11,991 nucleotides of DNA. Origin: Myxococcota bacterium. GTDB taxonomy: Bacteria > Myxococcota > UBA4151. The position numbers and the translations under genes were made by a program. Below the pieces are notes generated by a model. That model did not search any database and was not told the origin of the DNA. It worked only from the letters and a program-made list of their open reading frames with translations. How positions within the stretch are numbered: position 1 is the stretch's first letter; each line of letters begins with the position of its first letter. This document shows positions 8,249 to 11,991 of this stretch, piece after piece. The DNA lies in assembly GCA_040260805.1 (NCBI GenBank), contig JBDQPD010000107.1, positions 1 to 11,991 on the forward strand. Direction: 5' to 3'.

Positions 8249-9252
8249 TCAGACTAATCGCACTCGGCACGCTGTTGCTCAGCGCTTCGGTCGTAGCCGC
8301 CGGCGTCGGTGTCCAGGTAGACCTCAACCCCATCGTACCGCTGGGTAAAAAGCCGACCCTAAATGTCGTGATCAAAGATAAGCTCAAGCTGATCGAGGTC
8401 CGCCTCAAACGCAGTGACGGCACCGTGATTACGCGCAAACATAAAAACCCGCGCCGCGGGACACGTGTCCGCTTCGCCCTTCCCCAACCCGAAGGTACGC
8501 AACATTATACTGGCGAGCTGACCGTCCACTTCAAAAACGGTTTCACCGGCAAAATACCGCTCGAGTTTGATGCCTCAGTACATGGACCGCTCAAGATTGC
8601 GGTCGATCCCGATGGGCTTGATCTCAAGAACCGTCGTCTGAAGCTGCGCGTCAGTCGCCCTTGCGTGCGCGTCGCCTACACAATCATCGGGGTGACCGGT
8701 GCGCAACTTGCTCGAGAAGAAGAGCTGTTCGAAACACCGCGCAGCGCCGATACTCCCTTTGAAATCCCGTTGCTAGGCAAAGACGGAACGATCCTTAAAA
8801 TCTCGGTCACTGCTTATGATGAGCAAGGCTTCTTCCAAGCGATTGATCTGTTCCCATGGAAGGTTGAAATCCCTCATGAGGACGTCGTCTTCGCGAGCGG
8901 TAAAGCTGCAATTGTAGGCACCGAGCGACCCAAGCTCGATGCGGCGATCAAGCTGATCAAACCTCAGGTTAAGGTGGCGAAGCGCTGGGCGCCCGTAAAA
9001 CTTTATGTCGTCGGTCACACCGATACGGTGGGCGACCCCGCAAGCAACCGGGCGCTCTCCCTCAAACGGGCTAAAGCTATCGCTAAATACCTGAAGAAAA
9101 AAGGGCGCCTACGAATTCCGATTCGGGTGGCGGGAGTTGGCGAAGACCGGCTCAAAATTAAAACCGATGACGAGACCGATGAAGCAGCGAATCGGCGAGC
9201 CGAATACTACCTAGCGATCCAGCCGCCTCTTTCTGGAGTGCGCTGGCACTGA
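8242..9252 (+). CDS. Secreted protein with a C-terminal OmpA/MotB-like peptidoglycan-binding domain
   Basis: Signal peptide MVIRLIALGTLLLSASVVAA. OmpA-C motifs VFASGKAAI, GHTDTVG..NRALSLKRA, GVGE and NRRAE. The start is more likely ATG 8242 (GGGAG 5 nt upstream) or GTG 8245 (GTGA overlap with the gshA stop) than 8215. Confidence 0.88.
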   Translation: MVIRLIALGTLLLSASVVAAGVGVQVDLNPIVPLGKKPTLNVVIKDKLKLIEVRLKRSDGTVITRKHKNPRRGTRVRFALPQPEGTQHYTGELTVHFKNGFTGKIPLEFDASVHGPLKIAVDPDGLDLKNRRLKLRVSRPCVRVAYTIIGVTGAQLAREEELFETPRSADTPFEIPLLGKDGTILKISVTAYDEQGFFQAIDLFPWKVEIPHEDVVFASGKAAIVGTERPKLDAAIKLIKPQVKVAKRWAPVKLYVVGHTDTVGDPASNRALSLKRAKAIAKYLKKKGRLRIPIRVAGVGEDRLKIKTDDETDEAANRRAEYYLAIQPPLSGVRWH

Positions 9253-9253
9253 C

Positions 9254-9832
9254 TCAGGGCTTGGCTGCTTGAATGAGCTGCTTGTGCGTCACCAGCGCGC
9301 TGATCTGACCGTTCTTGAACCGAACCTCAGCGATGCGATCGAGTCCGGGGCGTCGCCGACAAGGTGGCACATCAAGAACTCGCCAGCGGTCTCCTTGTTC
9401 ACCCATCGGCTGAAAGCAGCCCAACCAATACCGCTCAAAGTCAGCCCTGAACGCGCCGACGCGTAAGGCCTTCATCCAGATGGCTTCATCCGGATCGGCG
9501 CTGGCTAATTCAGGCAGGGCTTCTTCGCCCTCCGAGTTAAACAGATCAGACCGATCAAGCTGCTCGACCTGAACCGGGTTGCGCGCCCGCGTCCTGCGTA
9601 TTCGGTCTGCGAGCTCGCCCGCCTCAAAGCGCACCTGCTCAGGTCCTGAAAAACCATCGAGCGCCTTGAGCACGCGGTCCACGTCAGCGCCATGAAGACT
9701 GGTTTTAAAATCGACTTTAATGGCGGCGGAGTAAGCCTGTCGTATCGCTTCTAAACGATGCTCGGCTTCTGATGAGTTCGCACAGCCCATGCCCACCCAA
9801 AGGACCAGCAAAGCAGAGCAAACGGTTTGCAT
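9254..9832 (-). CDS. Hypothetical protein, probable lipoprotein
   Basis: Fills the gap between two real genes. ATG at 9832..9830 overlaps the upstream TAA (TAATG). The N-terminus MQTVCSALLVLWVGMG-C has a hydrophobic stretch and a lipobox-like Cys followed by ANSS. Confidence 0.7.
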   Translation of the reverse strand: MQTVCSALLVLWVGMGCANSSEAEHRLEAIRQAYSAAIKVDFKTSLHGADVDRVLKALDGFSGPEQVRFEAGELADRIRRTRARNPVQVEQLDRSDLFNSEGEEALPELASADPDEAIWMKALRVGAFRADFERYWLGCFQPMGEQGDRWRVLDVPPCRRRPGLDRIAEVRFKNGQISALVTHKQLIQAAKP

Positions 9833-11991
9833 TAGTAAACTTCGCGCCAATGCATGATCAAGTTACGAGGCCTCGCCTGATTCGGTTCGGTGCCCGGCAG
9901 CGTATTGTCTGCAAAGCCACCGACGGGTGTCATCTCAACCCCGGAATCGGTGACCCGTCCCAGAGTCTTTAGCATGCCTGCGCCCGCATCATAGTAATAC
10001 AGGCGCCCATCGGCTAAGAAGGTCGGCGGTGCAGGCTCAGGCGAACAGGTCGACTGGCGCGGGTCGCAGATCACCTCGTTGCAGGTCTCTGTACAGGTGT
10101 CGAGATCGACACAGCGCATGCGCTGGATCGACCCTTCACAGCCATCACCGCCCTGTACCGTGGTGTAGATTGCGGTGCCCTTTGAAACCACCGGCGCCGA
10201 GACGGCATACTCATCAGGGCCTAAGCGCGCATTGCGCGCACTCATTAGGTTGCATCCCGGATTCAAAGTCGAACTGCGTGGGTCATTCGGTTGACGTTCG
10301 CTCAGCACGCGCATCGAGCCTCGGCGGGTCGGCCGACCTTCGCCGCCAACATCAGCAGCGGTGGCGATAATATTAAACCTTGCGGCGTTGCGCTCGCGCA
10401 TGTCGATCATCGGGGCGCCCACTTGTGGCTGCATACCCAAGGCAACATCCGAACCCACGCGCTCGGTCAGCGCCCATGCTGCACCGTCCGGTCTGCCGCG
10501 CGCATGCAGATCAAGGGTGAGCATACGCCCCCTAGTGGTTCCAACATAAGCTAGATCAAGAACTCCATCACCATCATGATCGATCGCCGAGACGTCGGTC
10601 ATGATGCCCTCACCGGCCAGCTGGTTCAACACATAGCGCTGCATCACCCGACCGGTCGTCAAATCAACGACCATGACCGCCGGCAGATCGCGGCACCAAG
10701 GTTTCGGGCAGTCAAACTCGCGACGAGACTGTGCGTTGCCTATACCCGAAGCGACGATCATCACCGGCTTCGTCTGCTGACCACCTACATCAACAAATCC
10801 GACAGCCGGGGTTGAGTGGACCTCACCCAAATACTGATCACCAAACTCAAAGACTGGCTGCGGGCTCAAGGGCTCAGACACATCGAGAACGACGACTTTA
10901 CGAGCGCCGACCGCAGGACAAATCAACAAGGCCGACCAGCCGCCACGCTCTTCAGCCTGAGGAAGATCTAGCTTTGCTTCAAAGGCGCGACAGCGGCCAT
11001 CCATCAAGCTCGGCTTGTCCCCACGGAACCCGGCAAAGTCAGGCGTAAAGACATCTCGCAGGTGCTCATGATTGGCTCGAGGCAGATACGACCATGCCTC
11101 CTCGCCTGCGGTGTGAGTGACTCGCTCAGGCTCAAAACCATCGGCGCTGCTTGCGTTGAGGAAGAACGCATGGATGAGATGCCCTGCGCCGACATAGGCC
11201 ATCGGCGGGTTGGCGCCGACCACAGCCGCATACGACTTGTAGTCAGGGTCGGTGTCTTGCCGAGCGGTGTTGCGGCCGTAACGCGGCGTGACCGGTGAGC
11301 TGTGCACCAAGGGTCCAAGTTTCCAGGCGCCATCATTGTCCATAAAACCATGTCGCTGGTCGACGATCTCGTCGCCCACACGCGCTTCGGGCTGCGTGGT
11401 GTCAATCCGCGCGCCGCGCAGCTTCATGATCATGCGCGACATCGCCACTCGCCGATCGTAATCGTCGCTCGGGTTACCGTTCTCGTTAAGATCCGGGACA
11501 TCCCAACAAGGCGCATCGTTTGCGGCGTCTAGCGGGCAGCGGATTCCAAAGGAGCGATACCACTGCATGCGCTCACGCCTCGGCACCGGCCACTCAACGC
11601 TCGAGCGACGAAGGGCACCGGTCGACCAGGTCACTTGCGCCCGGTTGGACTCGCGCACTTCAACCCCGGTGAACATCTTACGCGGGTTCCGGTTGGTGGC
11701 ATGGCCCGTTCGGTCTGCATAGCTGGTTCGAGTCGACAACAACGCGCCGGCATCCCAGCGGATGCTGGGGTCCCCACGGAAGGTCCACTCGCCCGAGAAG
11801 GGCTGGTCTTCATGGAACAAGCGATAAGCGTACAAGCGGCCGCGGTTACCCGGCTGTTGAACGATGGGGACTAAGATCCCGTTGTCGACCACTCGACCCA
11901 CATCGCTCGGTGCGCTCCACAGGGTCGTGACCTCAGCTCTGCCGCCTTGATACTCGCCCGAGAAGGCGGTCTGAATTGCGCTCTCCAGCAC
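9832..11991 (-). CDS. pilY1: PilY1/PilC-like type IV pilus tip adhesin, C-terminal beta-propeller region (5' end lies outside the window)
   Basis: PilY1-type motifs in the expected order: WDAGALL, RKMFT, LGPLVHSSP, YVGA..IHAF, GEEAWSYLP, MDG, LDVSEP, LGEVHSTP, VVDLTTG, Ca-binding loop DHDGDGVLD-LAYVG, and C-terminal WREVY. The frame is open to the edge, so the GTG at 11991 is probably internal. Confidence 0.85.
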   Translation of the reverse strand: MLESAIQTAFSGEYQGGRAEVTTLWSAPSDVGRVVDNGILVPIVQQPGNRGRLYAYRLFHEDQPFSGEWTFRGDPSIRWDAGALLSTRTSYADRTGHATNRNPRKMFTGVEVRESNRAQVTWSTGALRRSSVEWPVPRRERMQWYRSFGIRCPLDAANDAPCWDVPDLNENGNPSDDYDRRVAMSRMIMKLRGARIDTTQPEARVGDEIVDQRHGFMDNDGAWKLGPLVHSSPVTPRYGRNTARQDTDPDYKSYAAVVGANPPMAYVGAGHLIHAFFLNASSADGFEPERVTHTAGEEAWSYLPRANHEHLRDVFTPDFAGFRGDKPSLMDGRCRAFEAKLDLPQAEERGGWSALLICPAVGARKVVVLDVSEPLSPQPVFEFGDQYLGEVHSTPAVGFVDVGGQQTKPVMIVASGIGNAQSRREFDCPKPWCRDLPAVMVVDLTTGRVMQRYVLNQLAGEGIMTDVSAIDHDGDGVLDLAYVGTTRGRMLTLDLHARGRPDGAAWALTERVGSDVALGMQPQVGAPMIDMRERNAARFNIIATAADVGGEGRPTRRGSMRVLSERQPNDPRSSTLNPGCNLMSARNARLGPDEYAVSAPVVSKGTAIYTTVQGGDGCEGSIQRMRCVDLDTCTETCNEVICDPRQSTCSPEPAPPTFLADGRLYYYDAGAGMLKTLGRVTDSGVEMTPVGGFADNTLPGTEPNQARPRNLIMHWREVY

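Noticed and set aside
1..11991. CRISPR arrays, IS elements, toxin-antitoxin or defence genes, riboswitches
   Set aside because: I saw no regularly spaced repeats, terminal inverted repeats, transposase, nuclease or RT motifs, and intergenic gaps are at most about 170 bp.

Overview
GC-rich bacterial core-genome region, probably Myxococcota or another deltaproteobacterial-type lineage (inferred from gene types and arrangement, not searched). The minus strand carries the housekeeping string tRNA-Leu(TAG)-tig-clpP-clpX-lon. It is followed by a sigma-54 promoter and the first 53 nt of a gene with a signal peptide. Directly upstream of the tRNA is a divergent glutathione synthesis pair (gshB minus, gshA plus), and gshA overlaps a secreted OmpA-C-domain gene. 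Converging on this are a probable lipoprotein gene and the 3' part of a PilY1/PilC-like type IV pilus adhesin gene. No mobile element, CRISPR array or defence system is visible, and I do not see a clearly new multi-gene system. The most unusual details are: (1) both gsh TTG start codons lie inside a mirror-image repeat, (2) Lon lacks the conserved long-helix motif and has D->E in its catalytic motif, (3) trigger factor has a degenerate PPIase site, and (4) the PilY1-like protein has an extra Ca/Cys insert and two FRGD motifs.
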